A stretch of 22,293 nt of DNA from Octopus sinensis (Eukaryota). Numbering within the stretch: the stretch's first letter is position 1; each line of letters opens with the position of its first letter. The position numbers were made by a program, and so were the translations under genes. The stretch covers positions 1 through 22,293 of the forward strand of contig NW_021823573.1 in NCBI RefSeq assembly GCF_006345805.1, given 5' to 3'. Below, piece after piece: positions 11,326 to 21,999 of the stretch. The notes under the pieces were generated by a model that saw only the letters and a program-made list of their open reading frames with translations, was not told the DNA's origin and searched no databases.

Positions 11326-11385
11326 GATGATGATGATGATGATGATAATAATAATAATAATGATAATGATAATAATAATAATTGT
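10800..11385. repeat. (TTA/ATC)n switching to (TAA/GAT)n at ~11153, with an internal 87-bp tandem duplication
   Basis: The marker ATCATCATTATTATCAACATCATC occurs at 10993 and 11080, and its reverse complement lies within 11172-11205. Confidence 0.92.
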
Positions 11386-11484
11386 TGAGTCATTAGTGTT
11401 TTCAATTTTGTTAATGACTCTAATAGATCTCACACTTAACTACGCCTTAAATTGCTTCATCAATTTTTGTTAGTCTTATATGCT

Positions 11485-11715
11485 TCAGACATCACCGTCT
11501 CCTCCCATCACCTTCACTTCCCTCATCATTCTCACTATCTTTCCCCTTACTCTTCTTCTCCTTCGCCATTCTTTCTTCCTCCTCTCCCACTCCTTCCTTC
11601 TGCTGCTCATCTCTCCAAACCTCACGCGTTCGCCACTAACGTCTCTTTCTACCTTCCCCTTTCCTCATCAGTTGCATCCTTCCCTTCTCCCTCTTCCAGC
11701 TCCTTTTTCCTCCAA
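11485..11715. repeat. Low-complexity pyrimidine-rich tract (degenerate CTT/CCT)
   Basis: Direct reading. Confidence 0.7.
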
Positions 11716-12015
11716 CTACTTACAGATGGCAAATCATTGAAGTTCTCTTTAGTTGAAGCACATAGATTCTATATCAAACGTTCTGTTTTTGGTCCTCACC
11801 CAGATTATTAGAAACTTTGCCGCCGCCACTACCAACATCACCAACTAGAAAGCCAACACCACAACAGCCACTAGAATGACGACTATAACAACAGCTTCTA
11901 TACGCATGTCCATGTAGAGAATGACATTGTACATACACCTGTCTGCGTATTATGTGTTTGCATACATACATGTGTGTATCTGTGTATGTATGTATTTCCA
12001 TACATATATACACAA

Positions 12016-12418
12016 AGGCGCGAGAGTGGCTCTGTGGTAAGTAGCTTGCTTATCAGCCACATGGTTCCGGGTACAGTCCCACTGCGTGGCATCTTGGGCA
12101 AGTGTCTTCTACTATAGCCTCGGGTCGACCAAAGACTTGTGAATGGATTTCGTAGAGGGAAACTGAAAGAAGCCCGTCGTATATATGTATGTGTGGTGTG
12201 TGTGTGTGTGTGTGTGTGTCTGTGCTTGTGTGTCTGTGTTTGTCCCTCTAGCATTGCTTGTTTATGTCCCCGTCAGCTAGCGGTTCGGCATAAGAGACCG
12301 ATAGAATGAGTACTAGGCTTACAAAGAATAAGTCTTGGGGTCGATTTGCTCGACTAAAGGCGGTGCTCCAGCATGGCCGCAGTCAAATGACTGAAACAAG
12401 TAAAAGAGTAAAAGAGTA
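12016..12418 (+). mobile_element. tRNA-derived SINE family B, apparently full length, with an internal (TA)/(TG) microsatellite
   Basis: It has an A box TGGCTCTGTGG (12027-12037), a B-box-like GGGTACAGTCCC (12069-12080), a CORE-like CTTGGGCAAGTGTCTT, an internal TATATATG...(TG)n (~12180-12235) and a (TAAAAGAG)x2 tail running into (CATA)n. Its 3' half matches four minus-strand copies in the window. Confidence 0.9.
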
Positions 12419-12439
12419 TACATACATACATACATACAC

Positions 12440-12470
<31 letters not shown>

Positions 12471-12604
12471 CATATTCATATACATATATCGGGCTGTTAT
12501 CGACTTTTTCTTAACAGGGATTTTTCAACATAAATTTACATGGTATTATTATTATAGCGTTATATCTAGTTCGAGACCAATTTTCCATAAAGTATATTAT
12601 GCAA

Positions 12605-12605
<1 letters not shown>

Positions 12606-12662
<57 letters not shown>

Positions 12663-12695
12663 GTGTGTGTGTGTGTGTGATGTGTGTGCGCGCGC
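12606..12695. repeat. (GT)n
   Basis: Direct reading. Confidence 0.95.
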
Positions 12696-12912
12696 GTAGT
12701 CAATTCAAATAAACAATCAATTGAAGAAAAGGAATAAGAAAAATTAACGGACCAGAGGACGTTCACGAAGAATGAATAAGCTTGACGCTCGGTGAAAAGG
12801 AGGAGTTCGACGTTTCGATCATGGCTTTTCGTTGGAAAGAAGAAAGGGAAAAGTTCAAAGAGGGGAAAAAATATCGCTAACAGCACGTATGTGGTTACTA
12901 TATATATATATA

Positions 12913-13084
12913 TGAAAGAATGGAGCTGAACGACGAATTAACAAAATTCCTTTATTTTCGACATATGTTTCGAAAGCGGCATAATGTACTCCTTATTCCT
13001 TCGCAATTAGGAATATGCAGCCTTCGAAACATATGTCGAAAACAAAGGAATTTTGTTAATTCGTCGTTCAGCTCCATTCTTTCA
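12913..13084. mobile_element. 172-bp fold-back / MITE-like element (family 1), TA-flanked
   Basis: The 65-bp inverted arms at 12913-12977 and 13020-13084 have 2 mismatches (12954/13043 and 12975/13022). TA lies immediately outside both ends, and the left side sits in (TA)n. Confidence 0.85.
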
Positions 13085-13249
13085 TATATTTATATTTTCA
13101 AAATAAACATACAAATTTCCACACGAAAGCACGTAATCTATGCCCTAGGCACGTAACTTCAACCGGGTTTTTTCTGATGTGAATTTGCTACCCAGGTATC
13201 GGTTAATTCGAATTATCCTTAATAAGATAATTCATTCAACTACTCAAAT

Positions 13250-14052
13250 ATATATATACACACACGGAGACCAGCATATATTTACACACACACATACATA
13301 TAAACACGCACATACATACATTCATACATACATAAACACACACATACCTACATACATATACACATACATACATACATACATACATACATGCATACATACA
13401 TGCATTCATACATACATGCATACATACATGCATACATACATACATACATACATACATACATACATACATACATACATGCATACATACATGCATACATACA
13501 TGCATACATACATACATACATGAATTCATACATACATACATACATGCATATATACATGCATGCATACATACATACATGCATACATACATGCATGCATACA
13601 TACATACATACATACATACATACATACATACATACATACATACATGCATGCATTCATACATACATACATACATGCATACATACATGCATATATGCATGCA
13701 TACATACATACATACATACATACATACATTCATACATGCATACATACATACATACATACATACAAACATACATACATGCATACATACAAACATACATGCA
13801 TACATACATACACACATACATACATACATGCATACATACATACAAACATACATATATGCATACATACATACATACATGCATGCATACATACATGCATGTA
13901 TGCATACATACATGCATACATACATACATGCATACATACATGCATTCATGCATACATGCATGCATACATACATACATACATACATGCATACATACATGCA
14001 TACATACATACATACATACATACATACATACATACATACATACATACATACA

Positions 14053-14083
<31 letters not shown>

Positions 14084-14115
14084 GTACATGCATTCATGCG
14101 TACGCACGCACACAT
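13250..14115. repeat. (CATA)n array with CATG/CATT variants, ~860 bp
   Basis: Direct reading. Confidence 0.97.
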
Positions 14116-14390
14116 GAAGTCACTGTAGACAAAGAATGACATTACTAACGATCAGTTAGTCTTGCTGCAGAAGAATATTTTCGTTTAAAACTTTAGCTAA
14201 AATGAAAGACTACGACCAGAAACCTCGGGGACAATGTTCCTATTTCTTTACAGTATTCTTCATTTTTTCCAAATGACCGAAGTCTCGTGCTATCTTATCT
14301 CATTGTTCACACCTTATAATGATCTTGTTTGTCACAGCTGTCGCTTCCTTTTTCCTTTTCTATTTACTATTCATCCTTTGACACATGATG

Positions 14391-14600
14391 AGTGGAAGGC
14401 AGAATCGTTAAGACGTTATACAAAACGCATAACGACGTTTATTTCAGCACTTTACCTTCTACGTTCCGAGTTAAAATACAACCGAGGTTGACTTCGTCAT
14501 TCATCCTTTCGGCTCGATAAAATAAGCAGAAGTTGATGACAGAATTCCATGTAAATCACCTTGGGCCCTCCCCTCTAAATTGTTGGCCTTATGCTAACAT
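14391..14600 (+). mobile_element. SINE family A, degenerate full-length copy
   Basis: GGCAGAATCGTTAAGACG...CGTTCCGAGTTAAAATACAACCGAGGTTGACTTCGTCATTCATCCTTTCGGCTCGATAAAATAAGCAG...CCCTCCCCTCTAAATTGTTGGCCTTATGC. Confidence 0.75.
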
Positions 14601-14777
14601 TGTTGTTGCAATTGTTTAACACTGGGTCAAATATGGCCGAGCACATCTACGATTCAAGGTGTTTCAGCCTTGACCATTACGTCTTTTTGCATAAAACCAT
14701 TTCTAACTGAAACAGGTTAGAAATTCTAGGGAAGGGGAGTACTTGTTTATATCCACACCAAATCGAGAGAAGATACT

Positions 14778-14975
14778 TGCTCGGGTAGTTAGGGTTTTGC
14801 CCTGCAGATTGTAGCATTGGTGTTTCGATTCCCGGACCGGACGGCGTGTTGTGTTCTTGGCAAAACACCTCTTTCATTGTTGCTCCACTCCACTCGGCAG
14901 TAAATTAGGTCCAGCATTTACAAGGAAATTAACTCTGCAAAAGAACGATGTCCCGTCGAGGAACGGGGACTTTTA
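14778..14975 (+). mobile_element. tRNA-derived CORE-like SINE related to family C, with a different 3' part
   Basis: A B-box-like GTTTCGATTCCC (14822-14833) is followed by GTGTTGTGTTCTTGGCAAAACAC...GTTGCTCCACTCCACTCGGCAGTAAATT, homologous to the family C core. Confidence 0.6.
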
Positions 14976-15004
14976 TGTGTATGCACATCTGTGTGTGTGT
15001 ATAG

Positions 15005-15168
15005 TGTGTGTATGTATGTATGTATGTATGTATGTGTGTATGTATGTATGTATGTATGTATGTATGTATGTATGTATGTATGTATGTATGTATGTATGTA
15101 TGTATGTATGTATGTATGTATGTATGTATGTATGTATGTATGTATGTGTGTGTGTGTGTATGTATGTG
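15005..15168. repeat. (TATG)n
   Basis: Direct reading; it lies at the 3' tail side of the adjacent minus-strand SINE B. Confidence 0.95.
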
Positions 15169-15312
15169 TATACTTTTATTCTTTTATTTTACTGGTTTCA
15201 GTCATTTGACTGCAGCCATGATGGAGCACCGCCTTTAGTCGAGCGAATCGATCACAGGACTTATTCTTCGTAAGCCTGGTACTTATTCTATCGGTCTCTT
15301 TTGCCGAACTGG
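15169..15312 (-). mobile_element. SINE family B, 3' portion
   Basis: Its reverse complement matches 12282-12418 closely. Confidence 0.88.
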
Positions 15313-15320
15313 TATATTCC

Positions 15321-15657
15321 TCTTTTTCTTCTTCTTCTTCTTCTTCTTCTTCTTCTTCTTTTCTTCTTCTTCTTCTTCTTCTTCTTCTTCTTCTTTCTTC
15401 TTCTTCTTCTTCTCTCCTTCTTTCTTCTTTTCTCTTTCTTCTTTCTTCTGCTTCTTCTTCCTTTCTTTCTTCTCTTCTTTCTTCTTCTTCTTCTTCTTCT
15501 TCTTCTTCTCTTCTTCTTCTTTCTTCTTTCTTCTCTTCTCTTTCTTCTTCTTCTTCTTCTTCTCTTCTTCTTCTTCTTCTTCTTCTTCTTTCTTCTTAAT
15601 TATTATTATTATTATTATATATTATTATTATTATTTTATTATTATTATTTTATTATT
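15321..15657. repeat. (CTT)n followed directly by (TTA)n
   Basis: Direct reading; the switch is at ~15597. Confidence 0.95.
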
Positions 15658-15661
15658 GATT

Positions 15662-16200
15662 GAGCGAGCAGAGCATGCCATCAAAGTGACACTGGGGTAA
15701 AATATACGAAGCCCAGTATACCCATCATGACTACCCGTCTGATAAGGGTACACCAGGCACTGCATCACACCATATGTGCGCGACATATCAAGATAACAGC
15801 ACATGACCTTGCAGGTGGAGCCCAGTTAGAATTTTCTTCAGATCGAGTAACCCATCCCGCTCAAAAGGTCCCTGAATAAGGGTTGTTTAAGGACGTTTGA
15901 ACGAAACACCCCATGTTTCCAGAGGTGAATTATTCAAACCCCAAAGAATCCTTCTCAACACATGGCTATGATGTCTCCCTCACTACTTCTGCTCGTGATC
16001 AGAGATGCACATATCGTCAGCCACTAAGGGACATGCTCAACTGGTTATGGTCAAACAACTGACAAGCAAATCTGTGGTATTGAGCAGAATTTTTGCTGTA
16101 GCCCATCTTTTATACCAAGACAAAACAATGTACATGATAACACTTCCAATCAGTTAAGATCAGAAGCCATGAGAGCCACTGCCTGGTACTGCATCAGGGC
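15662..16200 (-). mobile_element. ~550-bp (AAT)n-embedded element, copy 2 (inverted)
   Basis: Its reverse complement is colinear with 5562-6115 and has the same 5' start (GCCCTGATGCAGTACC). There is a small internal deletion near 15786 between CAT microhomologies, and (TAT)n lies on both sides. Confidence 0.9.
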
Positions 16201-16247
<47 letters not shown>

Positions 16248-16263
16248 TATTATTATTATTATT

Positions 16264-16445
16264 CAGGCGACGGGCTAGCAGAATCGGTAACACGCCGGAC
16301 AAAATGCTCTGCAGCATTTCATCCGTCTCTATTTTCTGACTTCAAATCCCGCCAAAGTCGATTTTTTGCTTTCACACTTTCGGAGTAGATAAAATAAGTA
16401 GCAGTTAAACACTATTGCCCATGCAATAGATCATGCCCCGCCCCT
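16264..16445 (+). mobile_element. SINE family A, starting directly after (ATT)n
   Basis: AGGCGACGGGCTAGCAGAATCGGTAACACGCCGGACAAAATGCT...GACTTCAAATCCCGCC (B-box-like)...TTTCGGAGTAGATAAAATAAGTAGCAG. Confidence 0.82.
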
Positions 16446-16492
16446 AGTAGTTCAGTTCTTGTGCACGTAATGGAAAGAATTATTAATACTAT

Positions 16493-16493
16493 T

Positions 16494-16579
<86 letters not shown>

Positions 16580-16615
16580 TAGTAGTAGCAGCAGCAGCAG
16601 TAGTAGTAGTAGTAA

Positions 16616-16655
<40 letters not shown>

Positions 16656-16900
16656 GGTGGTGGTGGTGGTGGTGGTGGTGGTGGTGGTAATAGTAGTAGT
16701 AGTAGTAGTAGCAGCAGTAGTAGTAGTAATAATAGTAGTAGTAGTAGTGGTAGTAGTTGTAGTAGTAGTAGTAGTGGTGGTGGTGTGGTAGTAGTTGTAG
16801 TAGTAGTAGTAGTAGTAGAGTAGCAGCAGCACAGTAGTAGTAGTAGTAGTAGTAGTACGTAGTAGTATAGTAGTATAGTAGTGGTGGTGGGGTCGTGTGT

Positions 16901-16941
<41 letters not shown>

Positions 16942-16990
16942 TGTAGTAGTAGTAGTAGGTAGTAGTAGTAGGTAGTAGTAGTAGTATTAA

Positions 16991-17022
<32 letters not shown>

Positions 17023-17086
17023 GTAGTAGTAGTTCTGTAGTAGTATAGTAGTATAGTAGTAGTAGTAGTATAGTAGTAGTAGTAGT
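16493..17086. repeat. (AGC)/(AGT)/(GGT)n mosaic, ~590 bp
   Basis: Direct reading. Confidence 0.95.
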
Positions 17087-18184
17087 TTCCAGCGATGATT
17101 AGTGAGATACGTGATGTAAAAAATAGCTTCAGCTAAGAAAGGAAACCAGGTCATTGATAACCACTGTTCCACAGCAGTCACCACATTCCAATTTGAAGGG
17201 GTTTATTTAGATTTTTTTAGGTTTTTTAGATTTTTTTAGCAAGTTTTTTTAGAGTCACTTATATATTTGTTTTATTATTTAATTATTTATTCATTTATTT
17301 ATTCAGGTTTCTGCGTTGTTGGCAACGTAGCTGCTCAACATGAGAACACGAGTAAGGATAATCTTCTAACTGGGGTTTTTTTGGGGTTTTTTCTAAAAAC
17401 TGGGTTCAGTGGCAGGGGTTAGGAACTACACATTTAATTCGGTCTTGTAACTTTTACCCAGTAATTTCTAATGAATTGGGCTTTTAAAATTTATTTAAAA
17501 CATTTTTGTTCAATTTAATATTTTTAATTTTATAATCTTGTGGCGCCTTTTACATCTCTAGGGCTCTTAAGTGTTTAAAAAGTAAGATCTTGATCTAGGA
17601 ACTGTAAAATCGTTAATTAAATCTAAATTTAAAATCAACTTCCGAATTCCGAACTCCTTAATTTGAATCTAGGTACTTCTGAGGAAGGGAAATATACTCT
17701 GGCAAAGAGCATGTTAGCATACATTCTCTAATATAATTAAATTTGCCGATAATTAATTTAAGAATTGAACTTAGCTCAAACTAAATGTGAAAGCAGATAT
17801 GAAAGATATGGAAGAGAGTCAAAAGCGAGTTGCCGGGGGGGAGGGGTTGAAAGTATGTCACTTAATGTACTTTTTGGTGCCATAACCCCTATAATAGGTG
17901 TGTTGATCTAGATTTAACAGTCAAATCAGCTTCTTGGTATAGTTATTCCGAAATGGTTGCGTGGTGCTGAGATGGTGCTGAGGTGTTTCAGATTATAAGA
18001 TCGCCAATTCTGTTTTGGCATCTTTTGGAAATTTTAAGAATACATATCATTTGCATGAAGAACTTACAGCTACATGTAAGAACAACATGAGTGCGGGTGT
18101 GTGTATTCATGTGTGTGAATATATTGTGTGCGCGTGGGGGAGTGAGTGGGTGTATGTGTGTGTATGATAATGTAAGCGTTGTAA

Positions 18185-18240
18185 ATATATTGGCTTCAAA
18201 TTTTGGCACAAGGTCAGCAAATTCGGGTAAAATCAGTTAC
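18185..18240 (-). mobile_element. SINE family A, 3' tail fragment
   Basis: The reverse complement ...TTTGCTGACCTTGTGCCAAAATTTGAAGCCAATATAT matches 8075-8103. Confidence 0.7.
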
Positions 18241-18299
18241 ATAATATAATAATAATAATAATAAATAATAATAATAATAATATAATAATAATAAATAAC

Positions 18300-18330
<31 letters not shown>

Positions 18331-18340
18331 TAATAATAAT

Positions 18341-18374
<34 letters not shown>

Positions 18375-18430
18375 ATAACAATATTAATAATAAATAATAA
18401 TAATAATAATATAATAATAATAATAATAAT
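18241..18430. repeat. (AAT)n, interrupted
   Basis: Direct reading. Confidence 0.95.
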
Positions 18431-18436
18431 CATAAT

Positions 18437-18954
18437 ATGGCTTCTGATCTTAACTGATTGGAAGTGTTATCATGTACGTTGTTTTGTCTTGGTATAAAGA
18501 TGGGCTACAGCAAATATTCTGCTCAATACCACAGATTTGCTTGTCAATTGTTTGACCTTAACCAGTTGAGCATGTCCCTTAGTGGCTGACGATATGTGCA
18601 TCTCTATCACGAGCAGAAGTAGTGGGGGAGCATCATAGCCATGTGTTGAGAGGGATTCTTTGGGGTTTGAATAGTTCACCTCTGGAAACATGGGTGGTTC
18701 TTTCAACATCCTTAAGCAACCCTTATTCAGGGACCGTTTGAGCGGGATGGGCTACTCAACCTGAAGAAAATCTAACTGGGCCCACTGCAAGGTCATGTGC
18801 TGTTTATCTTGATATGAGATCACCATGTCGCGCACATATGGTGTGATGCATGTGCCTGGTGTACCTTTATCAGACGGGTAGTCATGATGGGTATATGGGC
18901 TTCGTAATATTTTACCCCAGTGTCACTTTGATTGCATGAACTGCTCTCTCACTC
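18437..18954 (+). mobile_element. ~550-bp (AAT)n-embedded element, copy 3, lacking ~30 nt at the 5' end
   Basis: It is colinear with copy 1 from ATGGCTTCTGATCTTAACTG onward and has the same 3' end CTGCTCTCTCACTC|AATAAT. Confidence 0.9.
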
Positions 18955-19028
18955 AATAATAATAATAATAAATAATAATAATAATAATAATAAATAACAA
19001 TATTAATAATAATAATAATAATAATAAT

Positions 19029-19224
19029 AGCTTCAAATTTTGGCCGGGGGAGAGGATAATTCGATACATCGACCCAGTATGTAACTGGTACTTATTTTAT
19101 CGACTCTGAAAGGCGGAAAGGCAAAGTCGACCTCGGTGAAGTTTGAACTCAGAACGTAAGGACGGAAGAAATGCCGCTAAGTGTTTAGTGAGGCATGCTA
19201 TCGATTCTGCCAGTTTACCGCCTT
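19029..19224 (-). mobile_element. SINE family A, best-preserved copy, with (ATT)n at both ends
   Basis: The minus strand reads AAGGCGGTAAACTGGCAGAATCGATAGCATG...GTTCTGAGTTCAAACTTCACCGAGGTCGACTTTGCCTTTCCGCCTTTCAGAGTCGATAAAATAAGTACCAG...AAATTTGAAGCT followed by (ATT)n. It has a tRNA-like A box (TGGCAGAATCG) and B box (GAGTTCAAACT). Confidence 0.88.
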
Positions 19225-19225
19225 C

Positions 19226-19307
<82 letters not shown>

Positions 19308-19497
19308 GGATGATGATTATGATGATGAGGAGGAGTAGGACAAGCCATATCCTATAATCCTGGTATTGTTCTGAACCTAAGTTTTAATTCACCTGAAGAA
19401 AACATTTTGTTTGTTTTTTATTTTTTATTTGTTCATCAATAAAAAGAAACAGGTCTGATACAGCTGTAGTGAAACTCAAAACATCTGCGTTCTTTGT

Positions 19498-19581
<84 letters not shown>

Positions 19582-19598
19582 ATGATAGATAGATAGAT
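19498..19598. repeat. (GATA)n
   Basis: Direct reading. Confidence 0.96.
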
Positions 19599-19901
19599 AT
19601 TCTTTTATTCCTTTACTTGTTTCAGTCATTTGGTTGCGGCCGTGCTGAAGTACCGCCTTGAAGGGTGTTGGTCGACCAAACCGACATTAGGATTTATCTT
19701 TTAAAACCTGTACTCGGTCATTTTGGGGGAACTGCTTAGGTACGGGACGTTAACCACAACCAACACCGGTTGTCAAACGGTGATGGAGAGACAAACACAG
19801 ATACAAAGACACCACGCACACGCATTACACACACACACCCCACACACACACACACACAATACACACATATATATTATATATATATTATACTATATATAGA
19901 T

Positions 19902-19962
<61 letters not shown>

Positions 19963-20237
19963 TCTATCATTTATATAAATAAGGAAAATCGTTGTTTTAA
20001 AATACCTATCACATCATATGGCTAGCATGGTAATAAAATCCTCAAAGTATGATTAATTATTAAAATTATAATTAAGGGTAGCTAAGAGATACCACCCACG
20101 TTGCAATAGCAGCCAAAACTTGACTCTGAAACCATATTAATGTCGTTTCAGAGTCACATTTTGGCTGCTATTCTAGCGTGGTGGTATTTCTTAGATACCC
20201 TTAATTATAATGTTAATATAATATATTTTTATATATA

Positions 20238-20290
<53 letters not shown>

Positions 20291-20386
20291 TATATATATT
20301 ATACGACAGGCTTCTTTCAGTTTTCGTCTGCCAATCCACTCACAAGAACTTTGTCAGCTTGAGGTTATAGTAGAAGACACTTGCCC
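19599..20386 (-). mobile_element. SINE family B split by an expanded internal CA/TA microsatellite and a nested fold-back insertion
   Basis: The 3' half is at 19599-19812 and the 5'-side segment at 20303-20386 (ACGACAGGCTTCTTTCAG...TAGAAGACACTTGCCC). Both are reverse-complement matches to 12016-12418, on either side of its internal microsatellite. Confidence 0.75.
19980..20219. mobile_element. Fold-back/MITE-like element, family 2
   Basis: Inverted arms at 20065-20132 and 20145-20211 differ by about 7 substitutions and 1 indel by eye, around a 12-nt loop. The left arm extends to TAAGGAAAATCGTT (19980), matching the solo arm terminus at 10586-10601. It is TA-rich on both sides. Confidence 0.78.
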
Positions 20387-20409
20387 ATACACACACACGC
20401 ACACACACA

Positions 20410-20553
20410 CGATGGGGTTCCATATCATTGCCATCACTCACAATGCTTTGGTTGCTCCCATAGAAGACTTGCTCAAGGAGCCGCATGGTGGGATCGAACT
20501 CGAAGTCACGTGACTACAATGCTAGCTTCTTAATCACACAGTTATGCATGCAC
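20410..20553 (-). mobile_element. Older SINE-B-related 5' head
   Basis: ACTTGCTCAAGGAGCCGCATGGTGGGATCGAACTCGAAGTCACGTG...GCTTCTTAATCACACAG is the reverse complement of a tRNA-like head (B box GAGTTCGATCCC) resembling 12027-12105. Confidence 0.6.
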
Positions 20554-20899
20554 TTTGAGAGGGCCACAATTTAGGTTTACTCAAGAAACCCACAAATACA
20601 AGATTAACCTAACTACCAAGTTTATGTAAACCTTCCACTTCTGTTATTGTTTGATGTTCGCACAAACAACAAAAATCAATAATAAAAACAAAGCAAACAT
20701 TAAAAATAAAAATGCAAACATCAAGTGTTTTTGAAACTATAACAACAACAGCAACAATAACAATCAGCAAGAGATTATAACATTTTTTTTTTAAATTGCG
20801 AAAATTTGCAAATGACAATTTAAAAAAAAAAAAAACTATTCCAGCGTTTAAACAATAAAAAAAAAACAGAACGAAAGAACAATATCGAAAATAAGATCA

Positions 20900-21378
20900 T
20901 CATCATTAACAGCAACAGCGATAACGATTCAACATAATAATAATAATAATATAATAATAATAATGTGATAATAATAATAATGATGATAATAATAATAAAA
21001 TGATATAATAATAATAATGAATAATAATAATAAATAACAATATTAATAATAATAATAATAATAATATAATATAATAAATAACAATATTAATAATAATAAT
21101 ATAATAATATAATAAAATAATAATAATAATAATAATAATGATGATAATAATATAATAATGATATAATAATAATAATGATAATATAATAATAATAATAATA
21201 ATAAATAACAATATTAATATAATAATAATAATAAATCATAATAATACATAACACTATTAATAATAATAATAATAATAATACTCATAATATAATAATAATA
21301 TAATCATATTAATAAAAAATAACCATTACCTAACTAATATATAAAAATATAATAATAATAATGATAATAATGATAATC

Positions 21379-21421
<43 letters not shown>

Positions 21422-21670
21422 AATAATAATAATAATGCTAAGATAATAATGATAATGATAATGATGATATGATAATATAATGATAACAATGATGATGATA
21501 ATGATAATAATTTTTTTTCTTCTACTTCACCATCATCATTACCATCATCATCACCGACAACGATTCAAAGTACTATCATCAAAACAAATAAAAACACGCT
21601 CATTATTCTCGTTACTGATATCATCATCATCATCATTATCATCATCATCATTATCAATAACAACAACAAC
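20900..21670. repeat. (AAT)n, heavily interrupted, grading into (GAT)/(ATC)/(ACA)
   Basis: Direct reading. Confidence 0.93.
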
Positions 21671-21999
21671 TACGACAAACAGAAAACACCTCACTGGAAG
21701 GAAGGAAGGAAGGAACTAAATCAGCTGAATTATACCAAGGGAGATAGTGAGAGTTGGAGGTGGAAATGGGGGGGAGCGGTGTAGATAGAGTGATTCAGAC
21801 TCGCAGAGAAGGTGGATAGACGAGCAGGCAAACAGATAGACAGACAGAGAAAGAGACAGAAATGCAGAGACAATAACGGAAACATCATCAACAATACCAC
21901 TACCACCACCACCACTACCACCACCACTATCATCATCATCTCATCATCATTAACTACATAAGCTACAGTAACACGAGACCGTTCATCAACAAGACAATT

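Noticed and set aside
10599-11473. Poly-Ile/Leu/Asn/Met ORFs, and likewise the poly-Ser/Thr ORFs at 16452-16832 and poly-Leu/Phe ORF at 15301-15663
   Set aside because: These are trinucleotide repeat artefacts.
13179-14142. Cluster of 100-285-aa HTYI/MYVC ORFs
   Set aside because: These are (CATA)n artefacts.
14699-14724. 9-bp hairpin ATTTCTAAC/GTTAGAAAT
   Set aside because: It is short, AT-rich, single-copy and has no associated feature.
17170-17800. Telomere-like T/G runs or a mitochondrial insertion
   Set aside because: Only two to four irregular units with no TTAGG(G) array, and no recognisable mitochondrial rRNA or protein motif.
18470-18709. 79-aa minus-strand ORF within the ~550-bp element
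   Set aside because: The frame is broken in the other copies (copy 2 reads ...IRDAHIVSH*), so it is not a conserved coding sequence.
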